Positions 1 through 9,363 of a DNA stretch of 22,301 nt are shown here, one piece after another. Position numbers and translations under genes: made by a program. The DNA is from a bacterium (lineage in GTDB: Bacteria > RBG-13-61-14 > DATKZS01), in assembly GCA_046484135.1 (NCBI GenBank), contig JAWOBU010000082.1:1-22301 (forward strand). The letters run 5' to 3'. The notes below the pieces were generated by a model, which had not been told where the DNA came from, made no database searches, and saw only the letters and a program-made list of their open reading frames with translations. Numbering within the stretch: the first letter of the stretch is position 1; every line of letters starts with the position of its first letter.

Positions 1-28
1 CATTATTTTAGCCATCCCGAAGAATGTT

Positions 29-724
29 TTAAAGCTCTTGGTCTTCCGGGGTGAGGTCCGGAAAATCCTGGGGCACCTTGCCTCCGGAAAGGGTCGAGAA
101 AAGGACCAGGAAGCATACGTCCAGGGGAACGGTAAGAATGCTCATGGAGTAGCTGTAGATGTACCTGAAGCCTTTGCCGAGTTCGGCGTACATCATGTAA
201 TGAGGTATCCATCCTACCAGCGCCACCAGGATAATGCCGCAGGCTATAGCCGGGACCGGCAGAAGACCCAGTAAAGCGAAGTTTCTCCGGAACGACTGCT
301 TGAATCCCTGCTTCTCAAACAAAAGCACGATGTCAACGTAAGGAATGAAAACCAGGAAAGGTACAAGAACGCCGCTCATGTAGACCACGTTCAAAATCAG
401 GGCGAACAGGAACAGCCTGCCGAACACCGGCCGCAGAGCTTGCCGGTAGAGGGCGTAGGAAAAATCGGTTTCCATGAGCCGGGACCAGATCACCAGGTAC
501 AGACCGGCCATGTAAAGGGTGGTGAGAAGCGATGAGAAAAGGAACAAGGGAACGCCTGCCAGCGCGATCAGGTATACCTGCTGGCCGAGAAGGGGCACAA
601 GGGCCTCCATAAAGTTGTCCACCACGAACTGGACCGGCACGAAAAGAAAGGCAAACGCAACCACAGGCCAGGTATGGCGGAGGGTAAAAGCAGAGGCCCG
701 GGCAAGCAGCACAAGTGTTGACAT
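29..724 (-). CDS. Hypothetical polytopic membrane protein, 231 aa
   Basis: ORF with about 5-6 hydrophobic segments. Its ATG overlaps a TAA (TAATAATG) right after the upstream small ORF. No family recognised. Confidence 0.75.
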   Translation of the reverse strand: MSTLVLLARASAFTLRHTWPVVAFAFLFVPVQFVVDNFMEALVPLLGQQVYLIALAGVPLFLFSSLLTTLYMAGLYLVIWSRLMETDFSYALYRQALRPVFGRLFLFALILNVVYMSGVLVPFLVFIPYVDIVLLFEKQGFKQSFRRNFALLGLLPVPAIACGIILVALVGWIPHYMMYAELGKGFRYIYSYSMSILTVPLDVCFLVLFSTLSGGKVPQDFPDLTPEDQEL

Positions 725-726
725 TA

Positions 727-927
727 TTAGTCCTGCCGATTCTGCAGGAGTACCGCCGCAATGATAATTGCGCCTTTCAAGGCCTGCCGGAGATCAGGAT
801 CAATGTTACGCAGGCCCGGGACGTTGTTCAAGACCACGATGATATAAGCGCCGATCAAGGTCCCGCCGATGACGCCGCCGGCCTCCGTATGAGCAGGAAA
901 GTTATGGTTGGAATCGTTATCGGGCAT
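727..927 (-). pseudogene. 66-aa ORF resembling the C-terminal end of an RbsC-type sugar ABC permease (remnant or small protein)
   Basis: GGVIGGTLIGAYIIVVLNNVPGLRNIDPDLRQALKGAIIIAAVLL follows the RbsC-family C-terminal pattern GGxGxxxGTLIGAxIIxxLxN...QxxxKGxIIxxAV. The remaining roughly 250 aa of such a permease are absent. Confidence 0.55.
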
Positions 928-986
928 TCTGTTATATACGCCGCAAGGGGTGGAACACTCACCGACCCTTGGCCGGAAACAACTAT

Positions 987-1015
987 ATAGTATCACCCCC
1001 TTGCCGGAGCGTCAA
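987..1015 (-). promoter_or_regulatory. Putative sigma70 promoter (leftward)
   Basis: The minus strand reads TTGACG-N17-TACTAT with an extended TGn before the -10 box. Confidence 0.55.
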
Positions 1016-1110
1016 AACCCTTTATAAAGAAAACATGAAAAATCAGGACCATTGAAACTATGCCGCCCCGGCAGTTGTCAAATTTATGTATCACTGAAAA
1101 AGTGAGGCAC

Positions 1111-1139
1111 TTGACACGAATCCAACGTGTTTTTAATAT
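1111..1139 (+). promoter_or_regulatory. Putative sigma70 promoter of the moxR/bat operon
   Basis: TTGACA (1111-1116), N17, TAATAT (1134-1139), in an AT-rich intergenic stretch about 90 nt before the ATG at 1228. Confidence 0.6.
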
Positions 1140-1227
1140 CTTCCATAACTTAAAAGGGCTCTGCCCAAGCGGTCCGCGCGTGGACGCCGAATGCCAATGC
1201 GGTGATGGATGCGAGATATCAGGAGAA

Positions 1228-2277
1228 ATGAAAAAACCAACGAAAAAGTTCCCCCACTGTCTCTTCTTAATAACATGCGTCTTCCTGCTCGCCGGGCCGC
1301 TTGTCGTCCCGGCGCGGGGAAAGCTGCCTCCACCGCCCGTGCAGCAGGACAAACCGGACCCGCAACAAGGCAGCACCGCACCGCCCCCGCCGGTCACCGT
1401 CTCCGCCCGGCTTGCCAGCGCCGAGGTAGAAAAGGGAAGCACCGTCAGCATGGTTATAAACATCTCCTGGAGCGCGCCCGCGGACAAGCCCGTCCCTGAA
1501 CTCGATTTTGACTTCGCTGAACCACCAACGGCGCAGGGTATGACACTGTTCGAGAATAAGCTCCGCACCGTAACCGATCTATCCGGCAACACCCTCCAGG
1601 TAAAAAGAACTTACTACTACACCTTCCACGCCGACAACGTAATAGAAACCGAGGTCTCGCCGGTAAAGATAAACTACTACCGCCAGGGCTCCGAAAATAA
1701 AAAAACACTTTCCACCCAGTCACTGCCGATAACGGTTGTCGAACCTTCCTGGGACCCGCTGGAGACGGCACGCCACCCGACAGTGCTTATAACTCTAGGC
1801 CTCATCGCGCTGGCAGCGGCCACGGCCCTGATACTCCCCGCTTTTAGAAAACGCGGCCGGAAAGAAAAACAACCCGAGCCGGAACTCACCGTCCATCAAA
1901 AAGCCCGGCAATCGCTCGAGCGGGTGGCACGCCTGCGCATGGCAGGCGAGTACGCCGATTACCTGGCGTCCCTGCACAACACCGTGAGCGATTACCTGGA
2001 GGACGCTCTTGACCTGAAACTGAAGCCTCTCTCAGTGGAAAAAAAGGCCAAGGCGGTTGCACAGAAACTGGGAGGAGACTGGGAAGAAAGCGCCCTCGAG
2101 TTCTTAAGGCTTTGCGACCGGGTCAGGTTCGCAGGCTACGAGCCTTCTTCCTCCGAGCTGGACCGGGCCGACCGGATCGCCGCCGCCATGGTGGACGAAG
2201 GGGAAAAACTGGACTCGGCAAAAGATCATGCTTCCGGAGAAAAGCAGGCGGAAGACCACACTCATACCCGTTCTTGA
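1228..2277 (+). CDS. BatD-like exported single-pass membrane protein
   Basis: AGGAG RBS precedes the ATG at 1228. Signal peptide, Pro-rich linker, beta-rich BatD-like domain, one TM helix with a basic stop (RKRGRK), then a helical C-domain containing CDRVRFA. Confidence 0.75.
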   Translation: MKKPTKKFPHCLFLITCVFLLAGPLVVPARGKLPPPPVQQDKPDPQQGSTAPPPPVTVSARLASAEVEKGSTVSMVINISWSAPADKPVPELDFDFAEPPTAQGMTLFENKLRTVTDLSGNTLQVKRTYYYTFHADNVIETEVSPVKINYYRQGSENKKTLSTQSLPITVVEPSWDPLETARHPTVLITLGLIALAAATALILPAFRKRGRKEKQPEPELTVHQKARQSLERVARLRMAGEYADYLASLHNTVSDYLEDALDLKLKPLSVEKKAKAVAQKLGGDWEESALEFLRLCDRVRFAGYEPSSSELDRADRIAAAMVDEGEKLDSAKDHASGEKQAEDHTHTRS

Positions 2278-2298
2278 CAAGACAGGAGGATTTAAAAC

Positions 2299-3288
<990 letters not shown>

Positions 3289-3301
3289 AAACGTTTTTCG
3301 T

Positions 3302-3323
3302 GTGCGAGCGGCTTTAGCCGCGA
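3302..3323 (+). repeat. REP-like palindrome, copy 1
   Basis: GTGCGAGCGGCTTTAGCCGCGA with hairpin GCGGC-TTTA-GCCGC. It resembles GTAG/GTGG-type REP sequences, and a related inverted copy lies at 7255-7276. Confidence 0.6.
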
Positions 3324-3397
3324 TTAAAACTGCTCTAACTTCTCAGAGCAGAACTCATCAAAGCATGCGGGAGCTGAAGTAAAAAACAAGGGAACCA

Positions 3398-4312
3398 ATG
3401 CCGGAACAAGGCGCCAAAGAAAACGGCTCGGAGTCCATCCGGGAGCTTCTCCGCAAGGTCCGCCGGATCGAGATATCCACCCGGCGGGTGGTGAACGAGG
3501 TCATGGCCGGGCAGTACCACAGCGTGTTTAAGGGCCGCGGCATGGAGTTCGCCGAGGTCCGCGAGTACCAGCCCGGCGACGACGTCCGGATCATAGACTG
3601 GAACGTGACCGCGCGGATGGGGACTCCTTATGTAAAGGTCTTCCACGAAGAGCGCGAGCTTACCGTGATCCTGATGGTGGACATGAGCAAAAGCCTTTTC
3701 TTCGGCACCCGCGAGAAGACCAAGTCTGAGGTCGCGGCCGAGCTTTGCGCGCTCCTGGCTTTCTCAGCCATCCTCAACAACGACCGGGTGGGGCTTATCA
3801 TCTTTACCAACAAGGTGGAGCGGGCCATACCTCCCAAGAAAGGCCGCCGGCATGTGCTCCGGCTTATCCGGGAGGTCCTCTTCTTCCAGCCCCGGGCCAG
3901 CCGCACGGACATCGCATCCGCCCTCGAGTACCTCTCCCGTCTCTACAAGCGCAAGGCGGTGGTGTTCCTGGTCTCGGACTTTATGGCCGAAGGATATGAA
4001 AAAGCCATCAACATCGCCGGCAAACGGCATGACCTGATCGCAGTGCCCCTTTCCGACCCGCGGGAGAAGGAGCTCGACCCGGTCGGGCTGGTGGAGCTCG
4101 AGGACGCGGAAACCGGCGAGCGCATGCTGGTGGACACCTATGACAAAGAAACCAGGGAGGTGTTCTCCAGGATAGTAGCCCGGGAGGAACAGGAGCGGGA
4201 CAGGCTGTTCCGGTCCGCGGAGCTCGACACCATACCGGTAACCACCGGTGAAGCATACGACCGGTCCTTGATCAAGTTCTTCAAAACCAGGTCCCGGAAG
4301 GCGAGAAGATGA
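3398..4312 (+). CDS. DUF58 domain (vWA-like) protein
   Basis: GQYHSVFKGRGMEFAEVREYQPGDDVRIIDWNVTAR, MIDAS-like DMSKS and LVSDF. This family is the typical MoxR neighbour. Confidence 0.95.
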   Translation: MPEQGAKENGSESIRELLRKVRRIEISTRRVVNEVMAGQYHSVFKGRGMEFAEVREYQPGDDVRIIDWNVTARMGTPYVKVFHEERELTVILMVDMSKSLFFGTREKTKSEVAAELCALLAFSAILNNDRVGLIIFTNKVERAIPPKKGRRHVLRLIREVLFFQPRASRTDIASALEYLSRLYKRKAVVFLVSDFMAEGYEKAINIAGKRHDLIAVPLSDPREKELDPVGLVELEDAETGERMLVDTYDKETREVFSRIVAREEQERDRLFRSAELDTIPVTTGEAYDRSLIKFFKTRSRKARR

Positions 4313-5139
4313 GCTCGAACAAAGGAGCTTTTTATATCAGCCTCGTAAACCTGGCCGCGATCATTGTCCTGGCCGCTGTGCTCGGGAGTCTTTATTTTAC
4401 GCAAGACATGAACAAGAACGCAGACTCCGGGAAAACGCGGAAGATGGCGGCCATGCTGGAAGCCCGCGGACTGTACAAAGAGGCCCTCGATAAAATGGAG
4501 CTCTACCGGCAAAGCGCTGACCTGAACCAAAAAGACGAAGCCAGGCTTCTGTATCGCATGGGCAAGATCGCCCAGGACGAGCTCGATGCGTTTGAGCGCG
4601 CCGCCGCTTACTACACTATGGCGACCACCATGGCGCCGGAAGCCGCCTGGAAAGCGGACGCGGACAAACGGACGGTCGTTTGTCTCGAGAAGTCCGGAAG
4701 GAGCAAGCAGTCGCGGGCCCTGCTCCGCAAGATTACCGGCGGGCGAGAAGGACAGCAGGCTTCGCCGGAAGGCCAGAAGCCGGAAGGACCGGTAGTGGCG
4801 GTAGTGGACGGCACCAGCGTGTACTGGTCCGCGGTTCAGAAGCTGGCCGATCTTTGGCCCGAACAAGACAGGCCCGAGACCTATGAAGATAGGAAAAAGC
4901 TGGTCCGCGAGTACATGATGAAGATGGTGATGGCGAGGGAGGCTGTGCGTACCGGCCTGGACACCGCTCCGGAGGTCAAGTCCTTGATGAAACTATACCG
5001 GCGGGAGGCCCTGACCGCGGCCTACCTGGAAAACCATCTGCCGGCCGAACATGACAAACAAGCCGTGCAAAAGCTGTGGCAGGAAGCTACGGACCTCTAC
5101 GAGGTGAACATATTCCATGAAGCCGTACCCCGGCCATAA
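4309..5139 (+). CDS. Membrane-anchored TPR protein with a SurA/PrsA-like chaperone (NC) domain
   Basis: N-terminal TM and TPR-like helices (LLYRMGKIAQDELDAFERAAAYY). Then VVAVVDG...AREAVRTGLD.PEV...YL, as in the N-domain of PpiC-type foldases. ATGA overlap with the DUF58 gene. Confidence 0.7.
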   Translation: MSSNKGAFYISLVNLAAIIVLAAVLGSLYFTQDMNKNADSGKTRKMAAMLEARGLYKEALDKMELYRQSADLNQKDEARLLYRMGKIAQDELDAFERAAAYYTMATTMAPEAAWKADADKRTVVCLEKSGRSKQSRALLRKITGGREGQQASPEGQKPEGPVVAVVDGTSVYWSAVQKLADLWPEQDRPETYEDRKKLVREYMMKMVMAREAVRTGLDTAPEVKSLMKLYRREALTAAYLENHLPAEHDKQAVQKLWQEATDLYEVNIFHEAVPRP

Positions 5140-6211
5140 GCCATTTCTCATCGGACTCGCCGCCTTGCTGTTTATTTCGGGAGCGGCCTGGGGGAAAGGT
5201 GCGCAAACGGACCGGAAGATTACGGACGAGATGAAAAAGAAGTTCGAAGGCGTGCAAAGAGACCTGCCAAAGCCCATGAAGCAGGGGGCCATCCGGCTTG
5301 TCAGCGAAGTGGACAAGAAGGTCATCCGGGTGGGGGACATCATTCATTACGATCTTATAGTAGAGGCCCCGGAGAACTCCAAGGTGGGAATGCCCCGGCC
5401 GGGGTCCTGGCTCGAACAGTTCATGATACGCGATTATCACATCCCGGTAGAAAACGAAGAAGAAGAAAAGAAGCGGGGCCTCATTGCTGAAGCCAAAAAG
5501 CTTCTCAGCAAAAGAGATGACGTGAGTACCGACAAGAAGCCGAGAAAGTTCAGCTTCGAAATAACCTCTTATGAAACCGGCGAGCTCCTGATACCAAGTG
5601 TTCCTGTAATGATCATGGACCCGGCCGGAGACGTACACGCGCTTCTCACTGAGCCGGTCCGGATACGGGTGGCTCCTGTAACCGATCCGGACGAGCTCAG
5701 CATCAAGGACATCGAGAGGCCGGTGGAAGTGCCGGTGCCGTTCAGCGCCTACTGGTACCTGGTACTGGTGCCGGCTTTGATACTCGCCGCCGTTCCGGTC
5801 GGATACTGGCTTTATCGCAGGCGAGGCAAAGAGGAACTCACCGAGGTTGATCTTCGGCCCGCTCACCTGATCGCCCGGGAGGAGCTCGACCGTCTTGAAC
5901 AAGAGCGTCTTCTGGAGGCCGGCGAGTACGAAAAGTTCTATACCCGGCTTTCGTGGATTCTTCGCAAGTACCTGTCGCTGCGCTACTCCATGTACGCGCT
6001 CGAGTACACCACCCGGGAGATTATCAAGAAACTCTCCCGCCTGGAGGTGGACTTCTACTCCTACGAAAAGACAAAGGGCTTTCTGGAGGAGGCCGACAAG
6101 GTCAAGTTCGCTTGCCACACTCCGGAGCTGGCAGAGCGAAACAGCGCGTTCAGCAGGGTCAGGGAGATCATCGAAACGACCCGCGAGAGGGAGGAGGACC
6201 AGGCGGCATGA
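5117..6211 (+). CDS. BatD-like / DUF4381-like single-pass membrane protein
   Basis: Signal-like N-terminus, VDKKVIRVGD beta domain, IKDIERP, a TM helix, then PAHLIAREEL...FYTRLSWILRKYL...ADKVKFA. This type of gene usually precedes batA. Confidence 0.85.
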   Translation: MKPYPGHKPFLIGLAALLFISGAAWGKGAQTDRKITDEMKKKFEGVQRDLPKPMKQGAIRLVSEVDKKVIRVGDIIHYDLIVEAPENSKVGMPRPGSWLEQFMIRDYHIPVENEEEEKKRGLIAEAKKLLSKRDDVSTDKKPRKFSFEITSYETGELLIPSVPVMIMDPAGDVHALLTEPVRIRVAPVTDPDELSIKDIERPVEVPVPFSAYWYLVLVPALILAAVPVGYWLYRRRGKEELTEVDLRPAHLIAREELDRLEQERLLEAGEYEKFYTRLSWILRKYLSLRYSMYALEYTTREIIKKLSRLEVDFYSYEKTKGFLEEADKVKFACHTPELAERNSAFSRVREIIETTREREEDQAA

Positions 6212-7209
6212 CCTTCAGGTTTTTATATCCGTGGGCTTTCCTGGCGCTACTGGCCATTCCCCTTATGGTGGCGCTTTACTATCTTTTGGAAAAAAAGGGC
6301 AGGCCCAGGATCATCTACAGCGATCTTACCGCGCTCAAGTCCATTGCGCCCTCCCCTCGCGTCCGCTATCGCCACGTACTTCTCGGCTTACGCTGTTTGG
6401 CAGTGGCCTTGCTGGCCGTGGCCCTGGCAAGGCCCCAGTACGGAAACCGCACCCAGGAGTACCTGTCCAAGGGAATTGACATCATGATCGTGCTGGACGT
6501 GTCCACCTCCATGTCCCAGCGTGACATGGAGCCGAACCGGCTGGCAGCGGCCAAACAGGTCGTGAAGCGATTCATAGAGGGCCGTCGCGAAAGCAAGCAG
6601 AACGACCGGATCGGGCTGGTGAGCTTCTCCAGGGTGTCCTTTACCAAGTGCCCCCTTACCGTGGATCACACCATCCTCAAAAGGATCGTGTCATACCTCG
6701 GGTTCGCGGAAAAGGAGTTCGACGGCACTGCCATCGGTACCGCGCTCGCGACCGCGGTGGCCCGGCTCAAGGACTCGCCCGCCAAGAGCAAGGTGATAAT
6801 ACTGGTCACCGACGGTGAGAACAACCACGGCCTGGACCCCATGACCGCGGCTTCCATGGCCGAGACCATGGGGATCAAGGTTTATACCATCGGCGTGGTG
6901 CCGGTGGGCTTCATGCAGGAGGTCCAGGACCAGATCTTTGGCAAGCGCTATCATCCGGCTCCCTCCAACGTGGACGAGTCCCAGATGAAGCGGATTTCCG
7001 AGTCCACCGGCGGAAAGTACTTCCGCGCCGAGAACCGGCAAGGGCTGCGGGAAATCTTCGGCGAGATAGACGAGATGGAGAAGACCGAGGTCAAGGTCAA
7101 GGAGTACTACCGCTACACCGAGGCATACGGGCCATGGGCGGTAGCGGCCCTGCTTCTTTTGGGCCTGGAAATGTTCTTGCGGCACACGGCGTTCCGGAAG
7201 ATTCCCTAG
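6208..7209 (+). CDS. batA: BatA vWA-domain membrane protein
   Basis: Starts MTFRFLYPWAF at an ATGA overlap. LARPQ, MIDAS DVSTS, GTAIG, LVTDGENN, GIKVYTIGVG-like motif, TGGKYFRA, C-terminal TM. Confidence 0.93.
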   Translation: MTFRFLYPWAFLALLAIPLMVALYYLLEKKGRPRIIYSDLTALKSIAPSPRVRYRHVLLGLRCLAVALLAVALARPQYGNRTQEYLSKGIDIMIVLDVSTSMSQRDMEPNRLAAAKQVVKRFIEGRRESKQNDRIGLVSFSRVSFTKCPLTVDHTILKRIVSYLGFAEKEFDGTAIGTALATAVARLKDSPAKSKVIILVTDGENNHGLDPMTAASMAETMGIKVYTIGVVPVGFMQEVQDQIFGKRYHPAPSNVDESQMKRISESTGGKYFRAENRQGLREIFGEIDEMEKTEVKVKEYYRYTEAYGPWAVAALLLLGLEMFLRHTAFRKIP

Positions 7210-7254
7210 CGCTCTTCAACGTGGAAGATTTAAGTTCCGTGCAAGCTAAGGAAG

Positions 7255-7276
7255 TCGCGACTGAAATCGCTCGCAC
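7255..7276 (-). repeat. REP-like palindrome, copy 2 (inverted relative to copy 1)
   Basis: Reverse complement is GTGCGAGCGATTTCAGTCGCGA, identical to 3302-3323 at 18 of 22 positions with the stem preserved. Confidence 0.6.
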
Positions 7277-7333
7277 GACAAACATACTTTCGTGGGAAAC
7301 AAACCTCGACGTGAAAGAAAAGTAGGATAAAGC

Positions 7334-8365
7334 ATGCATTTCGCACATCCGGACAGACTTTTGCTTCTTTTGCTGGTGCCTGCCGCGGCCGCACTGCTGT
7401 GGGCATCGGCGTGGCAGGCGCGCAAGTCGCTTGAAAGGTTTGGAGCGCCCGACCTCCTGGCCCGCGCCGGCATGGCGGTGGCAAGGGGCAGGCGGGCTTT
7501 ACGGTCGGTCTTTTTGTTAACGGGCTTGGCCTTTTTAATAGTGGCGCTGGCAGGCCCGCAGTGGGGGGCCACCCGGGAGAAGATTGAAAGGAAGGGCGTG
7601 GACGTGGTGGTGGTGCTGGACACCAGTCTTTCCATGGATGCCCGGGACGTGGCCCCTTCCCGGCTCCTCAAAGCCAAGGAAAGCATCATCCGGCTCGTGG
7701 ACATGATGAAAGGAGACCGTCTCGGCATCGTGTTATTTTCCGGCAAAGCCATGGTCATGTGTCCGCTGACCCTGGACTACAATGCGGCCCGCATGTTCCT
7801 GGACATCATTGATTCCGGAATCGTTCCGGAGCCGGGAACGGACATAGGCGAGGCTCTCCAGACGGCCTCCGAGCTTTTCACCGGCGAGACGGAAAAATAC
7901 AAGGTGATCGTGCTCATCTCCGACGGCGAGAACCTCGAGAGCGACGACAGCGGAGAGCCGCTCGAGGTGGCGCGGAAACTGGCCGAAAAAGGCATTAGAA
8001 TCTATACGGTAGGCGTAGGAGAAAGTGAAGGCTCCCGCATACCGCTGGAGAGCGGAAAGGGGTTCAAGGAAGACGAACGGGGAAGGGAGGTAATCACCCG
8101 GCTTGACGAGGAGACCCTCCGCAAGATAGCACTCGAAGGGGAAGGAGAGTACGTGAGATTGAACAGCCGCTCCCGGGGAAATGAGCTGGCCCGGATCTAC
8201 TCCGGAATCGCGGGCATGGACAAAAAGACCTTCGAGGAAAAGTACCAGATAAACTACGAAGATCGGTTCTACTGGTTTATAGGGGCCGCGCTTTTTTTCC
8301 TGGTCCTCGAAATGCTTCTGCCGGAGCGAAAAGCCAGTAGCAGGAGAAGAAGAAGAAGAAAATGA
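7334..8365 (+). CDS. batB: BatB vWA-domain membrane protein
   Basis: MHFAHP, LAGPQWG, MIDAS DTSLS, DVAPSRL, PLTLDY, GTDIG, ISDGE, TRLDEETL, C-terminal TM. Confidence 0.93.
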   Translation: MHFAHPDRLLLLLLVPAAAALLWASAWQARKSLERFGAPDLLARAGMAVARGRRALRSVFLLTGLAFLIVALAGPQWGATREKIERKGVDVVVVLDTSLSMDARDVAPSRLLKAKESIIRLVDMMKGDRLGIVLFSGKAMVMCPLTLDYNAARMFLDIIDSGIVPEPGTDIGEALQTASELFTGETEKYKVIVLISDGENLESDDSGEPLEVARKLAEKGIRIYTVGVGESEGSRIPLESGKGFKEDERGREVITRLDEETLRKIALEGEGEYVRLNSRSRGNELARIYSGIAGMDKKTFEEKYQINYEDRFYWFIGAALFFLVLEMLLPERKASSRRRRRRK

Positions 8366-9363
8366 AAAAGACCGTCATCACAACAGTTATGATTGCGTTA
8401 CTCTTCCTGATGCCGATGATTCCGGCAAGAGCTTCCGAGCCCGGTCTTATAGACTCTTACCGGATGAGCTCCGAGATCAAGGAAGGCAACCGGAAGTATA
8501 AAGAGGAAAAGTACGACCGGGCGCGCGCAAGCTACACGCAGGCCAAGGACCGGGCGCCGGAAGAAAGCGAAGGAAGCTACAGTCTCCATTACAACCTGGG
8601 CGCCACCTTCTACAAGGACGGCAACTACGAGAAAGCCCGGAAGGAGTTCGAGAAAGCGCTCCGGTCCTCCGATCCCGGGATGCGGGAGAAGGCCCACTAC
8701 AACCTGGGGAACACCTACTTCAAAGAGGGCAAGAAAGCCGGTGAGGTTAAGCTTTTGGAGAAGGCGGTGGGAGAGTATCGCAAGGCCCTTGAGATAAACC
8801 CGGACAACCGGAAAGCCAAGCATAACATCGAAGTGGTAAGAAGGATCATAGACCTGGAGAAGAAACGCAAACAGAATCAATCGGGCTCCGACAGCAAGAA
8901 AGGCTCCGAGGACAAGGAGGAACAACAGAGCTCCGAAAGCTCCGGCGGGGAAGGAGCCAAGAAAAAGGAGGGGGACGAGAAGAAAAAATCTTCTCAATCT
9001 TCTCAAAAGGACAAGACGGAAAAAGCCCCGGCCCAAAAAGAACAAGAAAAGGACAAACCACAACAGGCCGGCTCCAGCCGGAAGGAAAAAGACTCCGAGC
9101 GAAAACAAGCTGCTCAAAGCCGGAAAGAGGAAAAACGGAAGAAACAAGAGCAAAAGCCCGCACCCGCGGGCGGAGATACGGTGCGGGCCGGGGAAAAAAG
9201 AGACCAAAAAGCGAGCCCTGCCGGCAGTAAAGAAGACAAGGGCCGGATGAACAAAAAGAAAGCCTTGCAGTTGCTGCAGGCGGTGGAAAAGCGGGAAAAG
9301 GAGGACATGAAAAGGGTGATGGAAAGCCGCAGAGAGCGCACTAGAAAAGCCAGGGACTGGTGA
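8362..9363 (+). CDS. batC: BatC TPR protein with a long K/E/Q/S low-complexity tail
   Basis: Signal peptide, TPRs (HYNLGATFYK, HYNLGNTYFK, AKHNIE), a charged linker, ALQLLQAVE and a terminal DW. Confidence 0.9.
   Translation: MKKTVITTVMIALLFLMPMIPARASEPGLIDSYRMSSEIKEGNRKYKEEKYDRARASYTQAKDRAPEESEGSYSLHYNLGATFYKDGNYEKARKEFEKALRSSDPGMREKAHYNLGNTYFKEGKKAGEVKLLEKAVGEYRKALEINPDNRKAKHNIEVVRRIIDLEKKRKQNQSGSDSKKGSEDKEEQQSSESSGGEGAKKKEGDEKKKSSQSSQKDKTEKAPAQKEQEKDKPQQAGSSRKEKDSERKQAAQSRKEEKRKKQEQKPAPAGGDTVRAGEKRDQKASPAGSKEDKGRMNKKKALQLLQAVEKREKEDMKRVMESRRERTRKARDW

Noticed and set aside
1..15. Possible start of another minus-strand gene (ATGGCTAAAATAATG)
   Set aside because: Only five codons at the window edge and no clear RBS, so it cannot be supported.
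1165..1200. GC-rich hairpin in the bat leader as a riboswitch
   Set aside because: Only a short stem (GTCC...GGAC), with no recognisable aptamer consensus or terminator.
1060..1227. N-terminal extension of the first operon ORF
   Set aside because: It runs over the predicted promoter. The RBS and signal peptide point to ATG 1228.
5087..6118. 343-aa antisense ORF (and similar ones at 4138-4866, 8398-9207, 9543-10457, 13157-13969, 15302-16123)
   Set aside because: These lie opposite well-supported genes and are codon-bias shadows.
5953..6207. 85-aa upstream extension of batA
   Set aside because: It overlaps the preceding CDS out of frame. The canonical BatA start is at the ATGA junction at 6208.
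8342..8362. (AGA)n run encoding poly-Arg at the end of batB as a phase-variation tract
   Set aside because: It is a short in-frame triplet repeat, better explained as a basic post-TM tail and a purine-rich RBS region for batC.
8870..9250. Purine-rich low-complexity stretch as a repeat or foreign insert
   Set aside because: It encodes the charged linker normal for BatC.
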